This document shows, in pieces, positions 12,623 through 23,800 of a stretch of 57,595 nucleotides of DNA. The DNA is from Convolutriloba macropyga (lineage: Eukaryota): assembly GCF_964194025.1 (NCBI RefSeq), contig NC_134480.1, positions 3,906,001-3,963,595 of the forward strand, read 5' to 3'. The position numbers and the translations under genes were made by a program. The stretch's first letter is position 1; each line of letters opens with the position of its first letter. The notes beneath the pieces were generated by a model. It searched no databases. It saw nothing but the letters and a program-made list of their open reading frames with translations, and was not told the DNA's origin.

Positions 12623-15600
12623 ATGTCGATGCAATTTAGCGATGAGCAAATTGCGCAATACCGTTCTGCCTTCAACCTTTTTGACCAAGGTAAGCAAAAT
12701 AATCTCTGAAAGATTACATAACTATTACATAACCTTCGGCTTGCTTTTATGTCACCTTACTTTGGGTTCACCTGAAAGCAATCAAAAAGGCCACAGTCAC
12801 AGCTACGTTTACGCATGAACGACAAATGCTTTCGAGATTGACTCCCGCAAAAGTTTTCAGTTTCACATGTAGAGAAAAACAAGATCTTTTCTGTTTGTGC
12901 AAAGGCTTAGTGGGTGCATATTAATTGCATCCCCCAGACGCACGTGTCATAATTTTACAATGATTTTCTGTGTAATGACACGTGCTCTGTAACGGGGGGG
13001 GGGGGGGGGGGCATAACGTACTAGGGGGGGGGGGGCACAAACGGAAAAGATCCCAATCAGAAATTGTTAACTGTTAAAATATGGGATCTTTTCCGTTTGT
13101 GTCCCCCCCCCCCCAGTACGTTATGCGCCCCCCAGTTACAGAGTACGTGCCATTACATAGTAAATCAGTATGTAAAAATATGGCACGTGCGTCTCGGAGT
13201 GCAAATAATATGCGCCCACTAAGCTGGGGGGCACAAACGGAAAATATCCAAAATATGAATAACATCAATTCGTTAATCAGAACCAATTTACGCAGACGAA
13301 TAGCGGACACAGGGAACATAATATTATTAACCACAATAATTAATGAACGGAGTTCAAAGGTCATAGTTCAATTTAAAAACATGCACACCCGAATGATGAA
13401 AAAATTTAAAATCTTACAAAAAACTTGCATGAAATATTGCAAGGGAATGCATAGTTATTCCATTACGTGACATAATTTTTTAATAAAAATTTTAATATTT
13501 AGACGGCGATGGCGCAATATCGGAGGAAGAACTGGGAAAAATGATGGCACAATTAGGACAGCCTATGAGCAGCCAGGAACTGAAGGAATTCATTGAAGAA
13601 ATCGACATTGATGGAAACGGGATGGTGGAATTTAACGAATTCCTTGAAATGATGGTCAAGAAGAACCCCTCGGCCATTGACGGAAAAGACGACAGGACCG
13701 ACGACATTGCAATCGCATTTAAGGTGATTGGACAAAAAGTAGCAATTAATTATGAATTATTAAAATCAGATTATTGGGCAGTTTCAGCCACCCCCCCCCC
13801 CCCCCACAGGGTAAATATGTCCACAAGTTTGAGACACTTGATGGGATATATCTGGACTGCTAAGGCTACTCCTAGCTCTTGTTAATTAGTCCCCACAAAC
13901 CATCATCAAGCGCTCAAACACGGCTAGCTTTTCTCCCAAACAAAGGTCAGCAAGTATAAATTTCAGGATCTTTTCCGTTTGTGCCCCCCCCCCCCCCCCC
14001 AGTACGTTTTGCTCCCCAGTTACAGAGCACGTGCCATTAATAGTAAATCATTATGTAAAAATATGGCACGTGGGTCGTGGGGTGCAAATGCACCCACTAA
14101 GCTGTGGGGGGGGGGGCAAAAACGGAAAAGATTTAAATTTCAATATAGACTACGTAAACTGAGCGCAAAACCTTCCAGTTAGAAAATAGCCGCGTAGATA
14201 GAACAAAAATCAATAATTCAATATTGAAAAAGACCCAATAAACGTCAAATCAGTACGTTCTCAAAAAATGGCACGAAAACTAACAGGATCTAAAATACTG
14301 CGTAAAGTTTGAAAGCAATCAAAAAAGCAACAGCTAAATTCTTCAAATCGTCAGCCAAGATGTAGGGATCGTAAAACTTTAGGGCGTCCATCAGATCGTT
14401 GATAATCATACAAAAAAGAACAGGCCCCAAAATAGGCTTGGGGTACTCCACCTGTAATATTGAGATTGTTCGAACAAGCACTTCCTATACGTACAAACTG
14501 GGTTGTCTTTCAGATAATGGTACAGAATTTCAAGGAGGCAAACTCCAACACCCATCGCACTCATTTTCCTTAGCAATTCGTATTGGGGGAACACGGTCAA
14601 ACGGCGTTGCAGTCCGTGTAGAAAGCCAAATTGTCACTGGAGTTGTTGTCAAGAGCTTCATTAATAATTTGGAAAAAAAGTATATTTAAAAGACAGATCT
14701 TTCCACGAAACCTTGCCGTTATTTGGATAGGTAGATTGAGAAAAATTGATAGAAGGCTTCGTACAAACACTTCCAAAACTTTCCTCTCAAAATACCAAAA
14801 TGAAAATGGACTGTAGTTCTCTACCAGACCAATGCTGCAGTTTGTTAATTCAGGGTTAGGGTTGCTGATTTCACCAACATCAAACTTTTCCATGGAAGAA
14901 AACTGATTGCATGAATTCATTAAAAAGAGACATTTTCATGGTCTGCAATTGCGGTTTGGTCTCCGTGCTGTATGTGTTTCGGAAGAACCTGAGGTGTTTG
15001 TAAATTTTTTCTGTTTCTCGTTCCAAGTAAATCTTCCTGATATTCTAATCTGTCCTATTCGCAGTTCTGAAGCACCAGATTCTCCAATGGAGTCACTTCT
15101 ATCTTCGGTATGATGGGAGTTTCTCGCGTAAGTTTTTGTTGAGCTTTAAGGCGCTTGCTCTATTTGGAAGTCGATGGCTTGATCCAGGGTGCTAACTGCT
15201 GTCTGTGCCATGACATTCGGGGTACACAATTTTGAATTTCTAGATACTGCTCTAGTTCGCCATACTGTTTGTCAATGTTGGTGCAACACGGAGGCTTAAA
15301 TGGACTTTTCTTCATTTGATCAAAGATTGCGTCGTAATCTGCGTTCCACATAACTTCTGTTGTTATCAATTGTTGCTTTTGGTTGAAAGTGCTCACTCAC
15401 ATTTAACTTTTACTCGTGCCGGCATATGATCGGAGCAATCAAAGATATATATAATTCACAATCCATTTGAGGAAAGATTGCAGTTCTTGTGCAATACTAT
15501 GTCCAGTATGTTCATTCAGCAAGATGGGAAATCTAAAGCCTGCTCTACCACCTCTGGTATTGCTCTCTTCATCGCCGGATGTGTCAATGAAATCCCAGTT

Positions 15601-18600
15601 GATTGTTGATATATTCATGTCTCCATATAATTACAGGTTATTTTCGGTAGAATTTTTCTGTTGTTGTTTAGGCCAGGATTTCTCCAAGCCTCGAGACCGA
15701 TTCTTCGGGGAACCGCCAAAGATCTTCACACTTGATTCCACCATTACATTCAACAACGTGCGCTGCTGTTTCACGGTCTTTATAACATTTCCTGCAAGTA
15801 TCTGGTTCGTCGCTGTTGATTTTGTTTTTGAAGTCTCCTAACAGAGGGCAGTGAGAAGACCTCATTTGAGAGAGGAATACTGTTTCTTTTCGAGAGATTC
15901 CTGCCTCGCCTCTGTCAACTTCTTCGGGGGTCACTCTGCGAATGGCGTGATGTAATTTGTTGGATTCACTGGTTCTCATCGTAGATTCCACAAATTTGGT
16001 TGTGTAGGATCTTTTGCGCTTTTGGAATTTTCAAGTCAACTTTGTACGTTTCTTCACAATTTCGCGCTAAAGTAAAAAGCGTTCACTTCCTTTTATAGGC
16101 GGGTTTTGTCAGTTGATAATTAATGGTGTTTGGGGTCATGAATTGACGCTGCAAACTGGGCTGTCAAGAGCTTGCAATGATTTTCTACGGGAAGAATTCT
16201 CGTTTCGCGGCGAAGACGGTCAATTTGGGTCATTTTTGTACATCCAGTTATAACTCTCAATGTTTTGTTTACTTTCAAGTTTATTCCAATTCGGTTTGAA
16301 AACATTCAAAGACCAGCAAGGTGCAGCGTAGTTGAAGGTGGAACGAGTAATGGCTTTGTAAACAGTCGTTAGTTGTTCTTTCTGCAGACCGCATGATTTT
16401 GATGTCAGGGATCGCAGGATATTATTTCTCTTCGAGGCTCTTTCAATCTGTTCTGTTACATTATTTTTAAAGGTCAGCCAGTTATGAATCTTAATTCCAA
16501 GCAGTGTAAGATCATTGACTGTTTTTATCCAGTCCGCCCCAGAACAACATCTAAATCTTCTTTCAAATCTGAGTGGGAGAAGGATAGTAGAATGGCAGAG
16601 CACTCCGAGGCCGAGGAAACAAACTTTTTCTGTGCAAGAAGGCATTCAGATCATTAAAGTATCCATTGATATTTTTGACAGCTTCTATGTAGTAGAGGTG
16701 AGAACAGTAGACAGTTATGTCATCAGCGAAACAGACAACTTTAACATTGCGTCGCGACTGAGGCATATCTTTCAGATACGAGCAGAAGAAAGAGGTGAGA
16801 TCACACCTCCTTGAGGTACCCCCGCTTCTCAGCTTTTCCTTTCGAGACATAATTTCATCGAAATTCGTTTTTTGTTCTCTTCCAGTGAGGTATCCTGAGA
16901 CCCACTTCTTGATTGAGTATGGTAGATTGGACTTCACTATTTGGAAGTCGATGGCTTGATCCAGGGTGCTAACTGCTGTCTGTGCCATGACATTCGGGGT
17001 ACACAATTTTGAATTTCTAGATACTGCTCTAGTTCGCCATACTGTTTGTCAATGTTGGTGCAACACGGAGGCTTAAATGGACTTTTCTTCATTTGATCAA
17101 AGATTGCGTCGTAATCTGCGTTCCACATAACTTCTGTTGTTATCAATTGTTGCTTTTGGTTGAAAGTGCTCACTCACATTTAACTTTTACTCGTGCCGGC
17201 ATATGATCGGAGCAATCAAAGATATATATAATTCACAATCCATTTGAGGTAAGATTGCAGTTCTTGTGCAATACTATGTCCAGTATGTTCATTCAGCAAG
17301 ATGGGAAATCTAAAGACTGCTCTACCACCTCTGGTATTGCTCTCTTCATCGCCGGATGTGTCAATGAAATCCCAGTTGATTGTTGATATATTCATGTCTC
17401 CATATAATTACAGGTTATTTTCGGTAGAATTTTTCTGTTGTTGTTTAGGCCAGGATTTCTCCAAGCCTCGAGACCGATTCTTCGGGGGACCGCCAAAGAT
17501 CTTCACACTTGATTCCACCATTACATTCAACAACGTGCGCTGCTGTTTCAAATCTGAGTGGGAGAAGGATAGTAGAATGGCAGAGCACTCCGAGGCCGAG
17601 GAAACAAACTTTTTCTGTGCAAGAAGGCATTCAGATCATTAAAGTATCCATTGATATTTTTGACAGCTTCTATGTAGTAGAGGTGAGAACAGTAGAACAG
17701 GCTAACTGCTGTCTGTGCCATGACATTCGGGGTACACAATTTTGAATTTCTAGATACTGCTCTAGTTCGCCATACTGTTTGTCAATGTTGGTGCAACACG
17801 GAGGCTTAAATGGACTTTTCTTCATTTGATCAAAGATTGCGTCGTAATCTGCGTTCCACATAACTTCTGTTGTTATCAATTATTGCTTTTGGTTGAAAGT
17901 GCTCACTCACATTTAACTTTTACTCGTGCCGGCATATGATCGGAGCAATCAAAGATATATATAATTCACAATCCATTTGAGGAAAGATTGCAGTTCTTGT
18001 GCAATACTATGTCCAGTATGTTCATTCAGCAAGATGGGAAATCTAAAGACTGCTCTACCACCTCTGGTATTGCTCTCTTCATCGCCGGATGTGTCAATGA
18101 AATCCCAGTTGATTGTTGATATATTCATGTCTCCATATAATTACAGGTTATTTTCGGTAGAATTTTTCTGTTGTTGTTTAGGCCAGGATTTCTCCAAGCC
18201 TCGAGACCGATTCTTCGGGGGACCGCCAAAGATCTTCACACTTGATTCCACCATTACATTCAACAACGTGCGCTGCTGTTTCAAATCTGAGTGGGAGAAG
18301 GATAGTAGAATGGCAGAGCACTCCGAGGCCGAGGAAACAAACTTTTTCTGTGCAAGAAGGCATTCAGATCATTAAAGTATCCATTGATATTTTTGACAGC
18401 TTCTATGTAGTAGAGGTGAGAACAGTAGACAGTTATGTCATCAGCGAAACAGACAACTTTAACATTGCGTCGCGACTGAGGCATATCTTTCAGATACGAG
18501 CAGAAGAAAGAGGAGATCACACCTCCTTGAGGTACCCCCGCTTCTCAGCTTTTCCTTTCGAGACATAATTTCATCGAAATTCGTTTTTTGTTCTCTTCCA

Positions 18601-21249
18601 GTGAGGTATCCTGAGACCCACTTCTTGATTGAGTATGGTAGATTGGACTTCAGTATGGATTCCGTAAGTAGGTTGAGATTCACTGTATCGAAGACATTGC
18701 CAGGGAACCAGGAGACCTTTCAATGTCTCCTGGTTCTACGCACAGCCAGGACTCGAGGAAACTTACGAGGATCGACGGACCAAACGGAGACAAATACATC
18801 CTGGATCTTTCCAGACTTCGAGACAGCCAATACGGAAATCCGCCGGTGGGTTGTTGTTCCTGGATCAGCCCATGCCAGCGACGCTGATCAGAACTCTTTT
18901 TCTCATTGCTGGCATAGAATCTAATCACGTACCAGACACTAGATGGCCATGTGGTATTTGCGGGAAGAATGCCAGCAAAGGATGGATTGAATGTGTAATA
19001 TGCAGAACATTGTTTCACTTCAAATGCATCTGAGACACAAAGTCAAAGCAACCATAGTCCTGTCATATGTTCAACAACGAGCAAATGGCCATGTGGAGCA
19101 TGAGGATTGCACGTAACTCACTCTGCCATCGAATGTGTCAAGTGCAAGATAAGGCGTCACTACAGCTGCGTTGACTAATTATCGATCAACCTAGATCACG
19201 GTTCTGTCAAAAGTGCAAAGACAAACCAACCAAGACTTCTTTAACAACGTTGAATATTCTACAACTAAACATCAACTGAATAAGGAAGAATTAGCGATCA
19301 TTCACAAAGACAACAATATTGACATAGCTCTTCTACAGGAGATCAAAATCCCTCAAAAGTCGCAGATAGCTTTTGATGGATACAACGTCATTTGGAAGGA
19401 AAGAAACCAGAATGGGGGAAGAGTAAGCACCGTGTTAAGAAAAGATCTCGAGTACAGTGTGATTACCACTGAAGATGATCTTGAAATGCTGGTAGTGGAC
19501 CTTCATGGAAAGGAAACGCTTCGAACGATCAACTACTATCTTCCTCCGAATGTAAATGTCCACCCAAAACAAGTATTCAAGAGCCAACAAGTATTCAAGA
19601 GTTTGCTGCGTAGATGCCAATGCCCATAATGCCGTATCGCATTCAGAATTGCCTGGAGACGCAAGAGGTACTGAATGTGAAGACGCGATGTCTGAAAGTA
19701 ACATGGCTGTGCTCAATGATTACGGACTAACCTGAATGGAAATGAAAAGTAATCATGCCCTGACATTACAGCAGTGACAGATGATATTGCAATCTGCGCA
19801 TCCTGGAACATTCTCGACAATCAGTTAAGTGATCATTATCCCATGCTAGTCTTTGTAGCTGCTCAGACCCTTCCTCGTTGCGAGAATAGCAAAAGGAAAA
19901 CAACTTCAAAAGAGCAGACTGGAACCTCTTCACTCAAACGTCGGAGGATCTGCTTACCGAATACAAAACTCCGGATAACGTTGAGAAGGGTGAAAAGTGT
20001 TCCAGGCAGCTGTTCTGAAAGCCTCTAATCTAGACATTTCTCATGGTTGCCGACGACGAAAGCACGCTCAAAGTACCCAAAGAAATAAGAGAGTTGATCC
20101 TGCAACGTGACACAACAAAAGATGGAAGTGTAATCAAAGAAAAGAACGATCAAATTCAACCTTTATTACAAAAACAAAAGAGATCAGTGGATGAAGTTCG
20201 TGGAAAGTAATAGGCATCTGACCACTGGAAAACTGTGGAACATCATCAAACGTAGAATTTTTCTGCAACAATTCAAAGCGTGGCATTAAAATTTTGCGCC
20301 ACCTTTGCATGCCAGAGCCTCAGATTTAAACTGTTTTCCTTAAGAAAGAGAGAGTGCGAAAGTGATTTTTGTTCTGAATAGTTCTTAATATCAGCACAGC
20401 TCTTCTTCCATGTAGAGACCTTCGAAGCTAGTTGTCTCAGCATTCTCCAAGTTGATGGGCCAGCTTCCAGGGTACTGAGCTACTCTCAGAAATGGACCTC
20501 CATCAAGGTTAAGTTGAAAGTCTAAAAAGCCGAATAGCCAAGAACTACTGTTCACGCTGCACATATTGTTGACTCTCTAATTTTCCAGAAGAATGAGTAA
20601 GTCATTCTCTCCACGTGACAAAAAACAGGCTGTATAGTCTTAATGAGCTCGTTCGGATTTGGTGCTCAGAAATAATTGACAAAAATGAAGATTTCATATT
20701 TAAAAAAAAAATTGAACCAACATTAAAATGATTTTATCTATAAACCGGGGTTGAATCACTTCTACCAGATTCTACTGCATGCTATTTAAAATCATTTTAT
20801 TAAGGAGGTTTAAAACCTCTTGATATTGAACAGACGAAAGAGTTCAGACCAAAACGCAAAATATTTTTAGTTAATGAGCTCAAATGAGCTCAAACCTAGC
20901 GATCGTATGCAAATTTGGCCTGAAAATTTGTGTTAGTATATAGAACAGTATATCCTAGGGGCGTAAAAGTGTCATGTCCACTAACCAGGGGGAACGGGGG
21001 GTTGAAACAATAGATTAAATTGAGTTATTTTAAGAAATTATTTCACAGGTTTTCGACCGAAATGGAGACGGTTTTGTAACAAAAGCGGAGTTGATGCACG
21101 TTCTAATGAGCCTCGGTGAGAACCTCACAGAAGATGATGTGCTTGAAATAATCGACGAAGGCGACAAAGATAAAGACGGCAAATTGTCATACGCAGAATT
21201 TCGATCACTTTTGCAGACTCAGACATCTGAACTTGACCTACCGCCATAA
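12623..21249 (+). CDS. Calmodulin-like four-EF-hand protein, join(12623..12689,13503..13723,21049..21249), 162 aa
   Basis: GT-AG junctions in phases 1 and 0 give MSMQFSDEQIAQYRSAFNLFDQDGDGAISEEEL...DIDGNGMVEFNEF...AFKVFDRNGDGFVTKAEL...DKDKDGKLSYAEF...LPP*. Four EF loops; too divergent to be canonical calmodulin. Confidence 0.92.
12883..13053. mobile_element. Partial copy of the GGATC-TIR MITE, in calmodulin-like intron 1
   Basis: GATCTTTTCTGTTTGTGC ... GGGGCACAAACGGAAAAGATCC. Confidence 0.65.
13084..13249. mobile_element. GGATC-TIR MITE with 8-bp TSD (Merlin- or hAT-type)
   Basis: TIRs GGATCTTTTCCGTTTGTG(T)CCCC / GGGGCACAAACGGAAAATATCC; AAAATATG on both sides (13076-13083, 13250-13257). Confidence 0.85.
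13966..14134. mobile_element. GGATC-TIR MITE with 8-bp TSD
   Basis: Same TIR family; AAATTTCA at 13958-13965 and 14135-14142. Confidence 0.85.
14290..15660 (-). mobile_element. Decayed CR1/L2-like LINE ORF2 (APE endonuclease C-terminus, linker, RT); resumes after 20252
   Basis: Minus-strand pieces LYGDMNISTINWD, ILDIVL, SDHMP, NADYDAI, APWIKP, then ILGPVLFCMIINDL and ILADDLK; many frameshifts and stops. Confidence 0.75.
15160..18652. repeat. Nested near-identical tandem duplications (periods 1777 bp and 733 bp) with a 792-bp internal deletion
   Basis: 15160 recurs at 16937; 16968 recurs at 17701; the deletion joins TTTCA (15769-15773) to TTTCA (16561-16565), and this junction is present at ~17546 and ~18279. 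Confidence 0.9.
15661..20251. mobile_element. Ingi/Vingi-like non-LTR retrotransposon with 5' inversion: RT, C-terminal Zn finger and (AAC)n tail on - (15661-18692); 5' region, PHD-like fingers and APE endonuclease on + (18693-20251)
   Basis: Minus: FDTVNL, VPQGGVISP, CFADDITV, RVITGCTKMT, LSQMRSSHCPLL..TCRKC..ETAAHVVEC, stop, TAAACAACAA; no RNase H seen. Plus: ILQLNIN, ALLQEIK, ERNQNGG, NYYLPP, DANAH, SDHYPM. 14-bp TSD GTAGAATTTTTCTG at 15647-15660 and 20252-20265. Confidence 0.85.
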
Positions 21250-21585
21250 CTATCAAAAAATTCAACCTTAAACTTGTCACCAATGTTGATATACTGTTTA
21301 ATAATGACAAATTAAATCTTAACTTTTTCATTCTTTCTTTTTTTTATTAATCGGAAACCAAACTATGGACGGAACAGTGAGCCATCAACTATGAAATATC
21401 ACAGCAGCATATTTGAATTTACCGCAAAAACGCATAGTAATTAATTTAGTAAATAATTTTTAACTTATAACACCTTTAAAAATTTAAGTATTTTAAGTAT
21501 TTTTTAAAGCTCAAGTACAATCCGCAGATTTCAAGACAAATTATCTACTGATAACGATTTAAAAAAGGATTGTCAATTTAAAACT

Positions 21586-21634
21586 TTCTTACGAACGTTT
21601 TCGAACTCTGAGTTCATCGTCAGGTTATAAAGAA
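21586..21634 (-). ncRNA. Minimal type I hammerhead ribozyme motif in a Penelope-like pseudo-LTR
   Basis: Minus strand: ttctt-tata-ac CTGACGA t GAAC-tcaga-GTTC GAAA ACGT TC gt-aagaa; conserved core, stem II, palindromic stem III, bulged stem I. Confidence 0.75.
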
Positions 21635-23762
21635 TACAAAATGCTAAAATGAAAAGCCAGAAAATAAAATGCAAATCACTAAAATCAATCATTCCAGGAA
21701 ATTTAAAACGAATTTTTACAAATCTACAATCGTATCTACAAAATATTTACATCTGAGTAAAAATACCTTTTCGATTTGATGTAGCAGATGCATATCGACC
21801 TGTTTTTTATTTTAAAAAAACCTACATATACTGTTTTAAACTTACTTTGGTTTTGTTCAATTGTAAAGTTAAATTTTCGTTTCTTAACGTGTCTTTTAAG
21901 TTGGATTTTCAATTCCAAACTAAGCTTTCAGTGTCAATTCTCGTGTTCGGTATTCGTCGCGCGTGTTGATGGCTGGTTTCAATGTTCTTATCGACCGCAT
22001 CTAACAGCTCTTTTTTATCACCTCTAACTGTTCTCACAATATCGTCGACATATCTTAGAAAAACTTTAGTTTCGGACGAATAGTTAATGTCAGTCTGATC
22101 ATTTTCACGACAGAATGGGCACATCTAGAACTGGTCTTCCATGCTATCATATTCTGTGTTACTGATTTGCTGACATTTTGCGTGGAACCATCTATTGCAA
22201 ACTTCACACTCAACACCCCTGGAACGTGCGGTCACACGGTGTTCACAATTACGACAAGTGCTAGATTGTGTTTTGGTCTAACAATTAGGTGTCTGTAATT
22301 TCAGTTGTGGCTCCCACGATTTCATCCAAAGGTTTGTCAAAATTACCGCCAAGGACGCACCCATTGCCAACCGGTCTTTCTGACAGTACCAACTTTCATT
22401 GCATTTGAAATGGACGTTGGTCACGGCTAATTCATGCAGACGTTTCATTGTTGTTCTAGGTATGTCTGGTTTATCGTCCCTAGCATAAAGCGATCCTAGG
22501 GCAATATTAATGTCTTCCTTTACGGGAACGTTGGTGTATAAACTTTTTTCATCTAATGATAGGATTTGTTCTTTTTTTTAAGTTTTATTTGCTCCAGAGT
22601 CTTTCGTGCGTCATTGGTAACGCCCACATCTCTACCCGCAGTAATTTTTGACAATTTCTTAGATCTCAACAATCAATTCAGATAATTCACAATAGAAAAA
22701 GCTAACGAAAATTGCAATTCAGCCTTTTTAGACATGAATATCAATGTAAATAGCTGTAAAGAAATTAGTGGCGAGTGGTACAAGAAACCCACCGGTACAG
22801 GAATTGTCATGAATTTCTGTAGCTGTGCACCAATCCAACATAAATAGAAGACTGTAGAGGGTACTAATCACCACGTTTTTAGAAGCACTAGCACATGGCA
22901 AAATTTTGACAAAGCTCTGAAGGAAAACAAAAATATTTGGCTAAGAAATAAATACCCTGATAGTTGGACTTCCAAGATAATTAACGATGCTTTATAGAAA
23001 ATCATAAGTAAACCCCATCGAAAAAAGAAGGCGAAAAGGTAAAACTGAGAGGACAGAAATTGCCAGCGAAAGATGCTAAACCATTTTTTTTCCTGCAGTA
23101 TCGAGGTAACATCAGCCTGCAATTTAAGTGATAATTGGAAACAACGTGCGAATTGACATCCATATTCACAACGCGAAAACCATGTACTTGCCTTCCATCC
23201 CTAGTTTTGATTGCAATCTGAAGTCTCAATGAGGTCTACGAACTCAGTTGTCGTGGACGCAGTTCCACCTATGTAGGACAAACGTGCCAATATTAGGCCA
23301 CGAGAATTTCTGAGTATCAAAAAATCGATTCACCGGTATCAAAAAATCAATTCAACATGTAGTGGAATGCTGTGGGGCTCTAACGGCATTGAATAACAAG
23401 ATAATTGATCAATGCCAGGATAGCCAAAAACGTATGACCATAGAAGCTTTACACATTAATAGACGCAAGCCACAAGTGAATACGCGGGACGAGTACAAAA
23501 GTAGGGAACTATCACTGAAATATTAAGTGCAGAATAAATGTTCTACCCAAAAATTTTCGAATTGCCATACGAGCAGCGTTATATTATGGATCGAAACGAA
23601 AAACTTCTATTCAAAACTCATACGGAAAAAGACTCATGATAAAAGTTTTAAAAATCTTAACACTTTAACACAATTGTGGGAAAATTCGAAAAAGTAAATA
23701 AATATTCAAGACACGTTGTTGTATATATGCATATCTGTAAATTTTTACTTGATAAGTTTTAA

Positions 23763-23800
23763 ACTCCTGATGATGCAAGTTGTTGCGAAAACTTTCGAGT
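23763..23800 (+). ncRNA. Minimal type I hammerhead ribozyme motif in a Penelope-like pseudo-LTR
   Basis: ACTC CTGATGA t GCAA-gttg-TTGC GAAA actt TC GAGT; about 240 nt downstream of the GIY-YIG stop codon. Confidence 0.78.

Noticed and set aside
13541-13885. 114-aa ORF as a complete gene
   Set aside because: It is exon 2 of the calmodulin-like gene reading on into the intron after 13723.
15467-18375. Repeated plus-strand ORFs (MGNLK...) as a tandem gene family
   Set aside because: They are antisense shadows of duplicated LINE sequence.
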